DNA of 64,000 nt from Gemmatimonadota bacterium (GCA_003221005.1 QHTZ01000081.1:1-64000), one strand, 5' to 3'; shown: positions 1-11,032, numbered from the stretch's first letter. Numbers and translations: made by a program. Notes: generated by a model from the letters alone, not told the origin.

Positions 1-603
<603 letters not shown>

Positions 604-622
604 GCATTCCTCGTTGGGATGC

Positions 623-697
623 CAGACGTCAGACGTCAGACATCAGCGTTGCCAAGGTCACACAGCCATCTGACGTCTGACTCCTGACGTCCGATGC
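623..697. repeat. Inverted pair of 7-mer tandem repeats (CAGACGT)n / (CTGACGT)n in the tuf leader
   Basis: CAGACGT CAGACGT CAGACAT CAG (623-646) versus CTGACGT CTGACTC CTGACGT CCG (670-693). Confidence 0.8.
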
Positions 698-705
698 CTC
701 TCCAA

Positions 706-778
<73 letters not shown>

Positions 779-781
779 GAG

Positions 782-854
782 AGCGGGCGACGGGGCTCGA
801 ACCCGCGACCCTCAGCTTGGAAGGCTGATGCTCTACCAACTGAGCTACGCCCGC
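782..854 (-). tRNA. tRNA-Gly(TCC)
   Basis: GCGGGCG TAGCTCAGTTGGTAGAGC...CTTCCAA...GGTTCGAGCCC. Confidence 0.97.
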
Positions 855-862
855 GGGCCGAA

Positions 863-945
863 TGGTGGGGGAAGGATTCGAACCTTCGTAGGCTGACGCC
901 GGCAGATTTACAGTCTGCTCCCTTTGGCCGCTCGGGCACCCCACC
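863..945 (-). tRNA. tRNA-Tyr(GTA)
   Basis: GGTGGGG TGCCCGAGCGGCCAAAGGG...CTGTAAA, long variable arm, GGTTCGAATCC. Confidence 0.97.
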
Positions 946-1093
946 ACGCCAGCGCCTCGGCTCGCCTCCCCGCGCTCTGCCATCCCCCGTCCCCGCTCCC
1001 AGTGACAACGCACCCCGCGTTCGCGAAGCGCGGGGTGAGTTGGGTGTGCCGTAGCACGTCGGGGGCGTCGGTGTGCTCCTCTTCGGCAACGTG

Positions 1094-1166
1094 AGCTGAC
1101 GAAGGGACTCGAACCCTTAACCTGCTGATTACAAATCAGCTGCTCTACCAGTTGAGCTACGTCAGC
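1094..1166 (-). tRNA. tRNA-Thr(TGT)
   Basis: GCTGACG TAGCTCAACTGGTAGAGC...TTTGTAA...GGTTCGAGTCCC; completes the classic thrU-tyrU-glyT-thrT-tuf order. Confidence 0.97.
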
Positions 1167-1195
1167 GGCCGACGACGAAATATTTTCAGACTCGT

Positions 1196-1224
1196 AGGAT
1201 AAACGGGGCGACCCGCTACCGCAA
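1196..1224 (-). promoter_or_regulatory. Putative sigma70 promoter of the tRNA-tuf operon
   Basis: TTGCGG-17 nt-TATCCT on the minus strand about 30 nt upstream of tRNA-Thr(TGT). Confidence 0.55.
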
Positions 1225-1243
1225 GGGATGAGCCCGAAACAAC

Positions 1244-2689
1244 TTAGCCCGCGCGCCACTTGGTCCCGGCGGGCGTGTCCTCGAGCTCGACGCCTTTCGC
1301 CCGCAGCGCGGCGCGGATCCGGTCAGCCTCGCGGAAGTCCTTGGCGCGTCGGGCCTTCTCGCGCGCGGCCAGCTGTCCTTCCACCCACGCCGCGAACTCC
1401 GGGGTGAGCGCCTTGGCCGTCGGGAGCACGTCGAGCACGGTCATGACCCGGTCAAATACGGCGAGCGCGGCGCCCGCGCCGGCGGCCGCGCCGGTTCCGA
1501 TCCCCCCCTGCCCGCGGTCCAGCTCCCGGTTCGCCGCGCGCACGAACTCGAACAGCGCCGCCACAGCGCGCGGCGCGCCGAGGTCGTCGTCGAGCGCTAT
1601 GCCGAACTCGCTCAGGAGCTCGCTCGCGAGCTCGGCGAGGACACCCGGCCGCGCCGAGTCGACGGCCGCTCGCTCGACGAGGCGGGCGCGCAGCTCGCCG
1701 AGCCGCTTCACACCTTCCTTCGCGCCCTCGAGCGCCTCGTCGTTGAAATCGAGCGCCTGGCGGTAATGCGTCTGCCAGAACAACAACCGGACGGCCGCGG
1801 CATCCACGCGCTGCTCCCGCAGGTCGCGCGCCGTGAGGAAGTTGCCGAACCGCTTCGACATCTTGGTGCCGCGGACGTTGAGGAACTCCCCGTGGAGCCA
1901 GAAGCGCGCGAACGGCTGGCCGGTCGCCGCCTCCGACTGCGCGATCTCGTCCTCATGGTGTGGGAAGATGAGGTCGATGCCGCCGGCGTGGATATCGAGC
2001 GTCGCGACGCCGAACCTGCTAATGGCGTCGAGCGACATCGCCGAGCATTCGAGGTGCCAGCCAGGCCGGCCCCGCCCGAACGGTGCGTCCCAGGCCGCGC
2101 CCACCTGCTCGTCGATCGGCTCCGCCCGCTTCCAGAGAGCGAAATCGCGCGGGTCGTCCTTTGCGTATTCGTCGCTCGCCACGCGGGCGCCCACCTTCAG
2201 CTCGCGCCGGTCGAGCCGCGACAGCCGCCCGTACGTCGGGAACTTCCCGATCGCGAAGTACACCGAGCCGTCTTCTCCCTTATACGCCACCCCCTTGTCG
2301 AGCAGCTGTCCCACGAGGCGGACCATCGCCGGGATCGCCTCGGTCGCCCGGGGATATACGTGCGCGGGCTGGATGCGCAGGTAGTCGCGGTCGTCGAAGA
2401 ACGCCTGGACGAACGGGGCGGTGTGCTCTTCCAGTCGCTTTCCCGCGGCGGCCGCGGCTTTGATCGTGCGGTCGTCCACGTCGGTGAGGTTCATGATGTG
2501 AAACACGTCGTACCCCAAAAACTCGAGGTGGCGGCGCAGCAAGTCCTCGAACAGAAACGTGCGGAAGTTGCCGAGGTGCGCGTACTGCCAGACGGTGGGC
2601 CCGCAGGTGTAGATCGTCACGCGGGGCGGCAGCAGCGGCGTGAACGGCTCGACGCGACGGGTGAGCGTGTTGTAGAGCGACAGGGCCAT
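1244..2689 (-). CDS. cysS: Cysteine--tRNA ligase
   Basis: YTCGPTV, HLGN (HIGH-like), GRPGWHLEC, DLIFPHHEDE, KMSKR motifs. Confidence 0.97.
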   Translation of the reverse strand: MALSLYNTLTRRVEPFTPLLPPRVTIYTCGPTVWQYAHLGNFRTFLFEDLLRRHLEFLGYDVFHIMNLTDVDDRTIKAAAAAGKRLEEHTAPFVQAFFDDRDYLRIQPAHVYPRATEAIPAMVRLVGQLLDKGVAYKGEDGSVYFAIGKFPTYGRLSRLDRRELKVGARVASDEYAKDDPRDFALWKRAEPIDEQVGAAWDAPFGRGRPGWHLECSAMSLDAISRFGVATLDIHAGGIDLIFPHHEDEIAQSEAATGQPFARFWLHGEFLNVRGTKMSKRFGNFLTARDLREQRVDAAAVRLLFWQTHYRQALDFNDEALEGAKEGVKRLGELRARLVERAAVDSARPGVLAELASELLSEFGIALDDDLGAPRAVAALFEFVRAANRELDRGQGGIGTGAAAGAGAALAVFDRVMTVLDVLPTAKALTPEFAAWVEGQLAAREKARRAKDFREADRIRAALRAKGVELEDTPAGTKWRAG

Positions 2690-2725
2690 GGCGCGGCCGT
2701 AACGTAGGAAGGCCGGCGGGAAGCG

Positions 2726-2938
2726 TCAACGCGGCGCGGGGAGAGCGAGCGACGGGTCCGACGGCTCGCACACCACGGGGCCGTGACGGAAGACGAGCAC
2801 CCGGAGCGTGAGCCAACCTGCGCAGCCCGGGTCCGACGGCGCGAGCAGCCCGCGCCGGACCAGGCGCGCCGCGACGTCGGTCACGACGAGCAGCGGCTTG
2901 GCGGTTCCATTACTAAGGAAGGGCTCTGTCTCGGTCAC
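2726..2938 (-). CDS. Small hypothetical protein or remnant of a longer gene
   Basis: 70-aa ORF co-oriented between DUF1611 and cysS; no recognised motif. Confidence 0.3.
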   Translation of the reverse strand: MTETEPFLSNGTAKPLLVVTDVAARLVRRGLLAPSDPGCAGWLTLRVLVFRHGPVVCEPSDPSLALPAPR

Positions 2939-3029
2939 GCGGCGACACTAGAGCGCGCGGCCTAGGGCAGCGGCATCGGATCCTCGCCGCCGCGATCGGA
3001 AAGCCGCGCGCCGCTGCGCCCTGCACCGC

Positions 3030-4097
3030 CTAGCGCGTGGCCAGCGCCTCCCGCACGACGGCCTCCACCAGGGGCTCCGACCCAAAGCGCACCGGATCGG
3101 TCGTCGGGAGGCGGGTGTCTTCCGAAGCCCGCGCCACCGCCGCTCGCGCCCTCGTCTCATCCAGGTCGAACGTGTTGAGGGCGATGCCGATCACGCGGGT
3201 CGGGCGCACCGGGGCCGCAGCCCGCTCGTACAGCTCGACCACCTCGGCCAGCGGCGGGATCCGGACCCAGGGTCCCCGGCCGTGGTAGTCGCCGATGTAT
3301 TCGCGCGTCGCCTGGTGACACAGGATGAGCGCGTCGGGGCAGGCGCCGTGCAGCAGGCCCAGCGTCACCCCCGAGTACCCGGGGTGGATCAGGCTCCCCT
3401 GTCCTTCGACGAGGACGATGTCCGCGTCCGCCGCTCCCTGGACGACGAGCTGCTCCGCCGCCCCGGCGATGAAGTCCGCGACGACGGCGTCCACGGCGAT
3501 GCCCCAGCCCTCGATGAAGATCCCGGTCTGTCCCGTGGCGACGAAGCTCGCGCGGTGGCCGCGGCGCACCAGCGCATCCCGCAGCTCGAGCTGCGCCGTC
3601 ATCTTCCCGACGTTGCAATCGGTCCCGACGCTGAGGATCACGTACGCATCCACCTCCGCGGCGCGCCCGTCCGCGATGGGCAGCTCCGCCGGCGGCTTCC
3701 GCACGTCGAGAATGCGCACCCCCCGCTCGCGCGCCAACGCCCCGAGCTCGGGATCGTCGCCGATAAACGTGTGCAGCCCGCTCCAGATCTCGAGGCGGTG
3801 GACGAGCGCGCGCTTGAGCCAGGCGCGCCACTCGGGTGGCAGCCGGCCGCCCGGGGGCGCAATCCCCACGAGGACTGCAGTGGCGCCGCGGGTCAGCCCG
3901 GGCTCGAAATCGTCCACCACGGGGATGGAGCCGCCGAAGCCGAGGACGTCCTGCACCGTCTGTCCCGCGTGGCTGCGGTCGAGGACGGCGACGACCCGCT
4001 CGGGGAAGTAGCGGATGCAGGAATTCGCCGTTTTCGACGTGAGCGGACCGAACTCTCCGTCGGCGATGATCAGGAACCGTGGCCGGGCGGCGGCCAT
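3030..4097 (-). CDS. DUF1611 / DgcN-like P-loop protein
   Basis: KTA, SGLH, VGTDCNVGKMT, ATGQTG, VEGQGS, LLHG motifs typical of DUF1611. Confidence 0.88.
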   Translation of the reverse strand: MAAARPRFLIIADGEFGPLTSKTANSCIRYFPERVVAVLDRSHAGQTVQDVLGFGGSIPVVDDFEPGLTRGATAVLVGIAPPGGRLPPEWRAWLKRALVHRLEIWSGLHTFIGDDPELGALARERGVRILDVRKPPAELPIADGRAAEVDAYVILSVGTDCNVGKMTAQLELRDALVRRGHRASFVATGQTGIFIEGWGIAVDAVVADFIAGAAEQLVVQGAADADIVLVEGQGSLIHPGYSGVTLGLLHGACPDALILCHQATREYIGDYHGRGPWVRIPPLAEVVELYERAAAPVRPTRVIGIALNTFDLDETRARAAVARASEDTRLPTTDPVRFGSEPLVEAVVREALATR

Positions 4098-5221
4098 CAG
4101 ATCCGAGGCCCCGTCCTGGGAATGCGGAATTCGCCGCTGGTGCGCAGCACTGCCGGCTCGGCAATGGTGCTGTCGCCGTAGATCTCGCCCTGCAGCACGT
4201 GCCGGACGAGGACAAGCGCGACCGCGAGCACCGGCACCGCCACCACGAGCCCGACGGCGCCCAACAGCACGCCCATGACGAGCACCGCGGCGATCGTCAA
4301 CACCGGCGGGAGCGCCACCTTCCGCTCCATGATGAGCGGCGCGACAACGTTCGCCTCGAGCACGTGGATCACGACGCCGAGGACCACGACCGCGAATGCC
4401 TTCAGGGCGTCACCCGAGCCGAGCACGAACAGCGCCGGCAACAGTGTGGAGAGCAAGGTGCCGAAGAACGGAACGATCGCCGCCAGCCCCGTGAAGATGG
4501 CGAACGCGAGCCAGTAGGGCACGTCGAGGAGCCACAGACCCATCGCCGTGAGGACTGCGAGGACGATCATGTCGAGCAGCTGCCCCGCCACCCAGGCGCG
4601 CAGCGTCGCCGTCGCATCGTCGAGCACGCGCGCGCCCACCGGCCGGTAGCGGGGCGCGATGAGCGCCAGCACGCCGGCACGGTAGATCGCCGGCTGGCGG
4701 GCGAGGTAGAGGGCCATGACGATCACGCTCGCCGCCTCGATGAAGAGCCTGCCCCCCGCCCGCACGTACGGCAGCAACGAGCCGCGCATGTAGTTCACTG
4801 CGTCGTCGATGAGTCGCACGGCGATCCCGGACGCGGGGTCGGCGAGGACGGTGCGGCGCAGCACCGGGTAGCGCCCCGCCCAGCGGGCGATGACGCCCTG
4901 CAGGTCCGCGAAGCTCTGCGGCAGGGCGGAGATCAGCGCCTGGGTCTGGTCGATGACCGGGGGGAGGATGAGCGCACCGGCGCCGGCGAGGATGACCAGG
5001 CTCCCGACCACCGCGCACACGAGGCCCGCCCAGCGCGGCATGCGGAAGCGCTGCTCCAGCAGGTCGGTGATCGCCGAGAGGTACACGGCCGCGAGGACGG
5101 CGAGGAACACGAGGAGCACGACCTCGAACACGCGGAGGACGAACCAGACGACCAGGGCGGCAACGAAGAGCGCCACGAACGTGGCGCCCGACAGCCGTGA
5201 GGGGGACAGCTCAGGATTCAG
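4097..5221 (-). CDS. AI-2E (PerM) family transporter
   Basis: Multiple TM helices, IVPFFG, HVLEANVVAPLIM...LPP, GAVGLVVAVP; start may be CTG at 5221 overlapping the pspA stop or GTG at 5176. Confidence 0.88.
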   Translation of the reverse strand: MNPELSPSRLSGATFVALFVAALVVWFVLRVFEVVLLVFLAVLAAVYLSAITDLLEQRFRMPRWAGLVCAVVGSLVILAGAGALILPPVIDQTQALISALPQSFADLQGVIARWAGRYPVLRRTVLADPASGIAVRLIDDAVNYMRGSLLPYVRAGGRLFIEAASVIVMALYLARQPAIYRAGVLALIAPRYRPVGARVLDDATATLRAWVAGQLLDMIVLAVLTAMGLWLLDVPYWLAFAIFTGLAAIVPFFGTLLSTLLPALFVLGSGDALKAFAVVVLGVVIHVLEANVVAPLIMERKVALPPVLTIAAVLVMGVLLGAVGLVVAVPVLAVALVLVRHVLQGEIYGDSTIAEPAVLRTSGEFRIPRTGPRI

Positions 5222-5979
5222 CGGGCGGGCTCGTCGTCGTCGTCGACCAGCTGGGCCTCGGCCGCGCCTTTGCCGAGCTGCTTCGATTCGCCGGACGAGC
5301 CGGCCGGCAGGAGCCCCATCTTGCGCTTCAGGTTGAGGAGCTGCTGGTCCGCGTCCGCCTTCACCTCGAGCGACTGGAACTGCTTGACGAGCCGGTCGCC
5401 CGAGAGATCCTCGTTCACTTCCGCGGCGGCGATCAGCTTGCGCTCCTCGTGCTCGATCTGCTCCGCCATGCGCTCGAACGTCTCGAACACGCTCTTGTCG
5501 CCGATCGAGGACATCGTTTCCTGGATGCGCTTGTGCGCCTCCGCGCGCTTCTGGCGCGCGATCAGGATGTTTTTCTTGCGCTTGGCTTCCTCGATCCGGT
5601 CGTTGAGCTGGCGCAGCGAAAGCTTGAGCTTCTCGGTCTCTTCACGGTGCTTGACCCACGTGTCGTGCAGCTGCAGCGCGTTCTGGGCGTGCTCGTTGTG
5701 CCGCAGCAGCGCCTGCTTCGCCAGGTCGTCGCGGCTCTCCTGCACCGCCAGCACCGCCCGTCGCTCCCAGTCCTCCGCGCCCTTCTTCTCCACGTCCACC
5801 TGCCCCGCCAGTCGCTTCTCGTCCGCGATCGCCGCCGCTACCTGCTGCTTCGCCTTCGCCAGGTGACTGCGCATGTCGACGATCAGCTGGTTCAGCATCT
5901 TCTCGGGATTCTCGGCGCGCGAGATCAGGTCGTTGATGTTCGACCGGAACAGCGTGGAGAGGCGGTCAAAGATTCCCAT
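5218..5979 (-). CDS. pspA: PspA/IM30 family phage shock protein
   Basis: MGIFDRLSTLFRSNINDLISRAENPEKMLNQ..., DDLAKQAL, FERMAEQI; long coiled coil. Confidence 0.93.
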   Translation of the reverse strand: MGIFDRLSTLFRSNINDLISRAENPEKMLNQLIVDMRSHLAKAKQQVAAAIADEKRLAGQVDVEKKGAEDWERRAVLAVQESRDDLAKQALLRHNEHAQNALQLHDTWVKHREETEKLKLSLRQLNDRIEEAKRKKNILIARQKRAEAHKRIQETMSSIGDKSVFETFERMAEQIEHEERKLIAAAEVNEDLSGDRLVKQFQSLEVKADADQQLLNLKRKMGLLPAGSSGESKQLGKGAAEAQLVDDDDEPAR

Positions 5980-6352
5980 GAGGACCCTCGGTCAACTTGC
6001 GTTCCCGCCGCTCGGCGAGCAGCCGCTCGGCGAAATCTAATCGCTCCGCCAGCTCAGACACCTGGCTGTGCAACAGGTTCACCTGTTCTTCGAGCGCCGC
6101 GACGCGGCCGGACTCCGCGGGCGTCTCGCCCGGGACGTCCAGCCACTCGCCGCCGAACCCCTTCCAGTGGCGCCGCCGCCGGCTCCCCTGCCGGATCCGC
6201 TCCGCGAGCGCCTCACCCACGACCGTGCCGAAGAGCCACCGCAGACCGAGCGCGCCCACCAGGATCACGGCGACCAGTCCCACAGTCGGGGCGGCCTGGG
6301 TGAAGAAAAAGTTCGGGTCGAACCCCGGAGGGATTGGCGGCCCCTGGATCAC
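5966..6352 (-). CDS. Single-TM coiled-coil protein, PspB-like paralog 3
   Basis: GTG start overlapping upstream TGA; TM helix then ELAERLDFAERLL. Confidence 0.75.
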   Translation of the reverse strand: MIQGPPIPPGFDPNFFFTQAAPTVGLVAVILVGALGLRWLFGTVVGEALAERIRQGSRRRRHWKGFGGEWLDVPGETPAESGRVAALEEQVNLLHSQVSELAERLDFAERLLAERRERKLTEGPHGNL

Positions 6353-6606
6353 GGCGGCGCCAGCCGGCCAGCGTCGCGCGGCCTGGCCTGGAGCCGCTCC
6401 ACGAAGTCCACCCGTTCCGCGAGCTCGGCCACTTCGCGGCGGAGCTCCTCTATTGCTCCCCGCACTTCCTCGAGTCCGGGCGCCGCCTGGCCCTGTGCGT
6501 TCAGCCTCGCCGTGTATGCCCCGGTGAACGCCAGAGCGATCCGCCATGCGAAAAACCCGCCGATCGCAATCACCGGGATCAGCACGGCCAGCGCGTCAGG
6601 GTTCAT
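6349..6606 (-). CDS. Single-TM coiled-coil protein, PspB-like paralog 2
   Basis: MNPDALAVLIPVIAIGGFFAW...ELAERVDFVERL; GGAGG SD upstream. Confidence 0.75.
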   Translation of the reverse strand: MNPDALAVLIPVIAIGGFFAWRIALAFTGAYTARLNAQGQAAPGLEEVRGAIEELRREVAELAERVDFVERLQARPRDAGRLAPP

Positions 6607-6616
6607 CGGCCCTCCA

Positions 6617-6922
6617 TCAAGGTCCGCCCGGGGGCGCCAGGCGGGCCGACTGCCGCTCCTGCGCCAGCATGCGCTCGGTGAAGTCGAGCCGCTCTTCCAC
6701 GTCGGCCAGCCGCCGCCGGAGCTCGTCCACCTCGGCAACGAGCCGTTCCGTCTCGGCTCCGCGCGCCTTCGCGTATCGCGCCGCGATCCATTGCTGATCC
6801 GTCTGCGACCATCCCCGAATCCACTGGGCGAGCGCCTTGCCGACTGGCCCCCGCAGCACGGCGGTCGTACCGGCGATGAGCGCCAGACCGAGCACCCCGG
6901 CAAACGGCATCCACGCGTTCAT
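6617..6922 (-). CDS. Single-TM coiled-coil protein, PspB-like paralog 1
   Basis: MNAWMPFAGVLGLALIAG...DVEERLDFTERML; purine-rich SD upstream. Confidence 0.75.
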   Translation of the reverse strand: MNAWMPFAGVLGLALIAGTTAVLRGPVGKALAQWIRGWSQTDQQWIAARYAKARGAETERLVAEVDELRRRLADVEERLDFTERMLAQERQSARLAPPGGP

Positions 6923-6957
6923 GGCGCTGCGTCTCCCTCCGCGTTCAACATATGGCG

Positions 6958-9813
6958 CTAATCCCCCGCCGCCAGCACCTTGCGCAGGAAGCGGCCCGTG
7001 AACGACGCCGCCGTACGCGCCAACTCCTCGGGCGCCCCGGCCGCGACCACCGACCCTCCCGCGTCGCCGCCCTCCGGTCCCAGGTCGATCACCCAGTCCG
7101 CCGTCTTCACGACGTCGAGGTTGTGCTCGATCACGACGACGGTGTTGCCTTTGTCGACCAGCCGGTGCAGCACGTCGAGCAGCAGGCGGACGTCCTCGAA
7201 GTGCAGTCCGGTCGTGGGCTCGTCCAAGATGTACAGAGTCCGGCCGGTGTCGCGCTTGGCGAGCTCCGTCGCGAGCTTGACGCGCTGCGCTTCGCCGCCG
7301 GACAGCGTCGTCGCCGACTGGCCGAGGTGAATGTACCCGAGCCCTACGTCGTTCAGGAGCTCGAGTTTCGAGCGGATCCGGGGTTGGGCCTCGAAGAACT
7401 CGAGCGCGTCGGCCACGGTGAGCTCGAGCACGTCCGCGATCGACTTCCCCTTGTAGCGCACCTCGAGGGTTTCCCGGTTGTAGCGCCGCCCTTTGCACAC
7501 CTCGCACGGCACGTACACGTCGGGAAGAAAGTGCATTTCGACCTTCACCAGACCGTCGCCTTCGCACGCCTCGCAGCGGCCTCCCTTCACGTTGAACGAG
7601 AAGCGCCCGGGACCGTAGCCGCGGATCTTGGATTCCGGCAGGAGCGCGAACAACTCCCGGATCGGCGTGAAGAGACCGGTGTAGGTCGCCGGATTGGAGC
7701 GGGGCGTTCGCCCGATCGGACTCTGGTCGATGTCGATGACCTTGTCGATCTGAGCGACGCCCTCGATCCGGTCGTGCGCGCCCGGCACCACCTTGGCGCG
7801 GTACAAGTGCCGCGCCAGCGCCTGGTACAAGATGTCGGTCACGAGGGTGGACTTGCCCGACCCCGACACGCCGGTCACGGCGACGAAGGCTCCCAGCGGC
7901 ACGTCCACCGTGAGATTCTTGAGGTTGTGGTGCCGGGCGCCGACGACGCGTAGCGCGCGCTCGGGGTCCGTGTGGCGGCGGCGTGGCGGAACGGGAATCC
8001 GGAGCTCGCCGCGCAGGTAGCGCGCCGTGAGCGAGTCCTGGTGCTGAAGCACGGTCGCGAGCGGTCCGGCGACCACGACCTCACCGCCATGACGGCCGGC
8101 GCGCGGCCCCAGGTCGATGACGTGGTCCGCCGCGCGGATCGTCTCCTCGTCGTGCTCCACCACCAGCACGGTGTTGCCCAGGTCGCGCAGGTCCCGCAGG
8201 GTCGCGAGCAGCCGCTCGTTGTCCCGGTGGTGCAGCCCGATCGAGGGCTCGTCCAGGATGTAGAGCACGCCCACGAGCCGGCTGCCGATCTGCGTGGCGA
8301 GCCGGATCCGCTGCGCCTCACCTCCCGAGAGCGACGCCGCCGAACGGCCGAGGGTGAGGTATTCCAGGCCCACGTTCTTAAGGAACCGCAGGCGATCGTT
8401 CACCTCCTTGAGGATCGGCCCCGCGATGTCGCGGTCGAGGCCCGGCCGGCCGTTGCCGCGGAGCGGCAATCCCTCGAAGAAGGCGAGCGCATCACCGACC
8501 GACAGCTCCACCACATCGCCCAGGCTGCGCCCGCCCACCAGCACCGCGAGGCTCTCGGGGCGCAACCGTCTCCCGCCGCACGCGGGGCACGGCTGTTCCA
8601 CCATGTATTCCTCGAGCTGCTCGCGCACGCTGTCGGACGCGGTCTCACGATAGCGCCGCTCGACGTGTCTGAGGACGCCTTCCCACGCCGACTCGTATTC
8701 GCCGTGCCACCGCTCGCTGTCGTACTGATACGTGAGGGTGCGGCCCGGTGCCCCCTGCAGGATCACCTTGCGCACCGGGGCGGGGAGGTCCTTCCAGGGC
8801 GCTCCGAGGTCGAACTTGAAGGTGCGCGCGAGCGACGGCAGGACCACCTTGCGGAGATAGCCGCTCGGCTCGCCCCACGGCAGGATCACGCCTTCGAGGA
8901 TCGAGAGGCCCGCGTCGCCCAGAACGAGATCGGCGTTGACCTCGCGGCGCGTGCCGAGCCCGGAACACGCCGGGCAGGCGCCGAACGGCGAGTTGAACGA
9001 GAACTGCCGCGGCTCGAGCTCCGGAAGCGAGAGGCCGCACGTGGGGCAGGAGTAGCGCTCGGAGAAGACCGTCACGCCGTCGCCCGCCGAGCCACCCTGT
9101 CGCACGACCTCGACCACACCCTCCGCCGCCTTGAGCGCCGTCTCGATCGAGTCCGCGAGCCGGCCCCGGTCCGCCGGCCGGATCACGAGCCGGTCCACGA
9201 CTACGGCGATCGTGTGGTTCTGACGGCGGTTCAGCTTGGGCACGGCGGACAGATCGTAGCTCTGCCCGTCCACCCGCACGCGCACGAAGCCCTGCTTGCG
9301 TGCCGCCTCGAACAAGTCCCGGAACTCGCCCTTGCGTCCCCGCACCAGCGGCGCCAGGACCTCGATCTTCGTCCCCTCGGGCCAGGCGACGACGAGATCG
9401 GTGATCTGCGACGCGCTCTGGCGCTGGATCGGCGAGCCGTCGTTCGGGCAGTGGGGCACCCCGACACGCGCCCAGAGCAGCCGGAGGTAGTCGTACACCT
9501 CGGTGATCGTCCCCACCGTGGATCGCGGGTTCGCGCCGGCGGACTTCTGCTCGATCGAAATCGCGGGCGACAGGCCCTCGATGGCGTCCACGTCCGGCTT
9601 TTCCATCAACCCGAGGAACTGCCGGGCGTACGCCGACAGCGACTCCACATAACGTCGCTGGCCCTCGGCGTAGATGGTGTCGAACGCGAGCGAGGACTTG
9701 CCCGAGCCCGAGAGTCCTGTGATCACCGTCAACGAGTGGCGGGGGATCTCGACGGTAATGTTCTTGAGGTTGTGCTCGCGGGCCCCGCGGACGATGAGGG
9801 TGTCGCTGGACAT
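6958..9813 (-). CDS. uvrA: Excinuclease ABC subunit A
   Basis: [32 protein letters not shown], two ABC cassettes (LSGGEAQR twice), CxxC zinc motifs. Confidence 0.98.
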   Translation of the reverse strand: MSSDTLIVRGAREHNLKNITVEIPRHSLTVITGLSGSGKSSLAFDTIYAEGQRRYVESLSAYARQFLGLMEKPDVDAIEGLSPAISIEQKSAGANPRSTVGTITEVYDYLRLLWARVGVPHCPNDGSPIQRQSASQITDLVVAWPEGTKIEVLAPLVRGRKGEFRDLFEAARKQGFVRVRVDGQSYDLSAVPKLNRRQNHTIAVVVDRLVIRPADRGRLADSIETALKAAEGVVEVVRQGGSAGDGVTVFSERYSCPTCGLSLPELEPRQFSFNSPFGACPACSGLGTRREVNADLVLGDAGLSILEGVILPWGEPSGYLRKVVLPSLARTFKFDLGAPWKDLPAPVRKVILQGAPGRTLTYQYDSERWHGEYESAWEGVLRHVERRYRETASDSVREQLEEYMVEQPCPACGGRRLRPESLAVLVGGRSLGDVVELSVGDALAFFEGLPLRGNGRPGLDRDIAGPILKEVNDRLRFLKNVGLEYLTLGRSAASLSGGEAQRIRLATQIGSRLVGVLYILDEPSIGLHHRDNERLLATLRDLRDLGNTVLVVEHDEETIRAADHVIDLGPRAGRHGGEVVVAGPLATVLQHQDSLTARYLRGELRIPVPPRRRHTDPERALRVVGARHHNLKNLTVDVPLGAFVAVTGVSGSGKSTLVTDILYQALARHLYRAKVVPGAHDRIEGVAQIDKVIDIDQSPIGRTPRSNPATYTGLFTPIRELFALLPESKIRGYGPGRFSFNVKGGRCEACEGDGLVKVEMHFLPDVYVPCEVCKGRRYNRETLEVRYKGKSIADVLELTVADALEFFEAQPRIRSKLELLNDVGLGYIHLGQSATTLSGGEAQRVKLATELAKRDTGRTLYILDEPTTGLHFEDVRLLLDVLHRLVDKGNTVVVIEHNLDVVKTADWVIDLGPEGGDAGGSVVAAGAPEELARTAASFTGRFLRKVLAAGD

Positions 9814-9938
9814 AGACTTGTAGGCTTAACGGCCGGGGGTTCCGGGGTCAACGGTGGGGGTGCAGCGAAGGGCGGCATGCCTCTGCCGCCCCTGTTCTCT
9901 TGCCCAACCTACGTCCATTTCTTACGTTAGCCCTCCCC

Positions 9939-10259
9939 ATGGAGCGCACCGCCCTGGTGGTGCTGACCACCCTGAGCACAGAGGACGAGGCGCGGACCTT
10001 GGTGAAGGCGCTCGTAGAGGCGCGGCTGGTCGCGTGCGGCACGCTGCTGAGCGGGGCCAGCTCCATCTACCGCTGGCAGGGAGTGGTCAGGGAAGAGACG
10101 GAGGTCGTGGTGTTGCTGAAGACCGACGCATCGAAGTGGACGGCCCTGGCCGCCGCCATCCGCGAGCGGCATCCGTATCAGATGCCCGAGCTGCTGGCGC
10201 TGCCGGTGAAGCATGGCCTGGACGCGTACCTCTCGTGGCTCGCCAGCGAGGTGACCTGA
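9939..10259 (+). CDS. cutA: Divalent-cation tolerance protein CutA
   Basis: LVAC, SIYRWQG, LLKT, HPYQMPEL, YLSWL. Confidence 0.9.
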   Translation: MERTALVVLTTLSTEDEARTLVKALVEARLVACGTLLSGASSIYRWQGVVREETEVVVLLKTDASKWTALAAAIRERHPYQMPELLALPVKHGLDAYLSWLASEVT

Positions 10260-11032
10260 TGATCCGGAAGCGCGAGCCGCATTGGCAGTCGGCCGCTGAA
10301 CGGGCCCGGGTGGCAGCGGAGCTCATCGAGGAAGCGGAGTCGCTGACGAAGACCGGGGGCATTGCGAGCCCGGCCGAGGTCGACCGCGACAAGCTCCCCC
10401 CACCGTTGCGCCTCGAGGTGCCGCCCCCGCCCCCGCCCCCGCCTCCGGCTCCGCCGGCGAACCACGCGGACTCAGCCGCCCCACCACCGGTGGCCGCTCC
10501 GGTCGCCGAACCCCCCGCGCCTGCTCCGGCTCCCGTGCCGGCGGCGCGCGCCGCGGCTGCGCGCGGCGACCGGGACGGCGCGCTCGCCGTGCTCGACGCG
10601 GCGCTCGACACTGCGCCCGACGATGCTGCGCTGCTCGTCGAGCGTGCCCTGACACTCGCCGCGGGCGGCCGCTACGCCGCGGCGCAGCGCGATCTGGAGC
10701 GCGTGCTGCACAACGACCCCACGCAGGCGATCGCGCTCACCGCCCTGGGCGTGTTGCTGTCGCGCAAGGGCCTTTGGGCCGAGGCCGTGGCACATCTCAA
10801 GCGAGCGGTCGAGGTTGAGCCGGGCCGCGCAGCGGCATGGTACCAACTCGGGGAAGCCTTGAATCACCTCGACGACCTCGGCGGCGCACGCGAAGCCTAC
10901 GAGCGCGCGGTCGAGCTCGAGCCTCGCAACTCCCGCGCCCTCTACGGACTCGGGATCGTGCTGGACCGGTTGAACCGACCGGAAGACGCCACCCACATGT
11001 ACCGGCGCTCGCGGGAGGCGGCCAGCAGGTGA
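10259..11032 (+). CDS. TPR protein with Pro-rich linker
   Basis: ATG overlaps cutA stop; poly-Pro stretch then about 4 TPR-like repeats. Confidence 0.8.
   Translation: MIRKREPHWQSAAERARVAAELIEEAESLTKTGGIASPAEVDRDKLPPPLRLEVPPPPPPPPPAPPANHADSAAPPPVAAPVAEPPAPAPAPVPAARAAAARGDRDGALAVLDAALDTAPDDAALLVERALTLAAGGRYAAAQRDLERVLHNDPTQAIALTALGVLLSRKGLWAEAVAHLKRAVEVEPGRAAAWYQLGEALNHLDDLGGAREAYERAVELEPRNSRALYGLGIVLDRLNRPEDATHMYRRSREAASR

Noticed and set aside
2960-3030. GC-rich stem-loop with GAAA loop upstream of the cysS region as a riboswitch or T-box
   Set aside because: No T-box or other recognisable consensus; pairing is expected at this GC content.
9814-9938. LexA/SOS box upstream of uvrA
   Set aside because: No convincing palindrome matching a known LexA consensus.
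10420-10560. CCGCCC-type repeats in the TPR gene (also Gly hexamers at about 39378-39400)
   Set aside because: Triplet-period Pro/Gly-coding low complexity, unlike the period-7/8 arrays.
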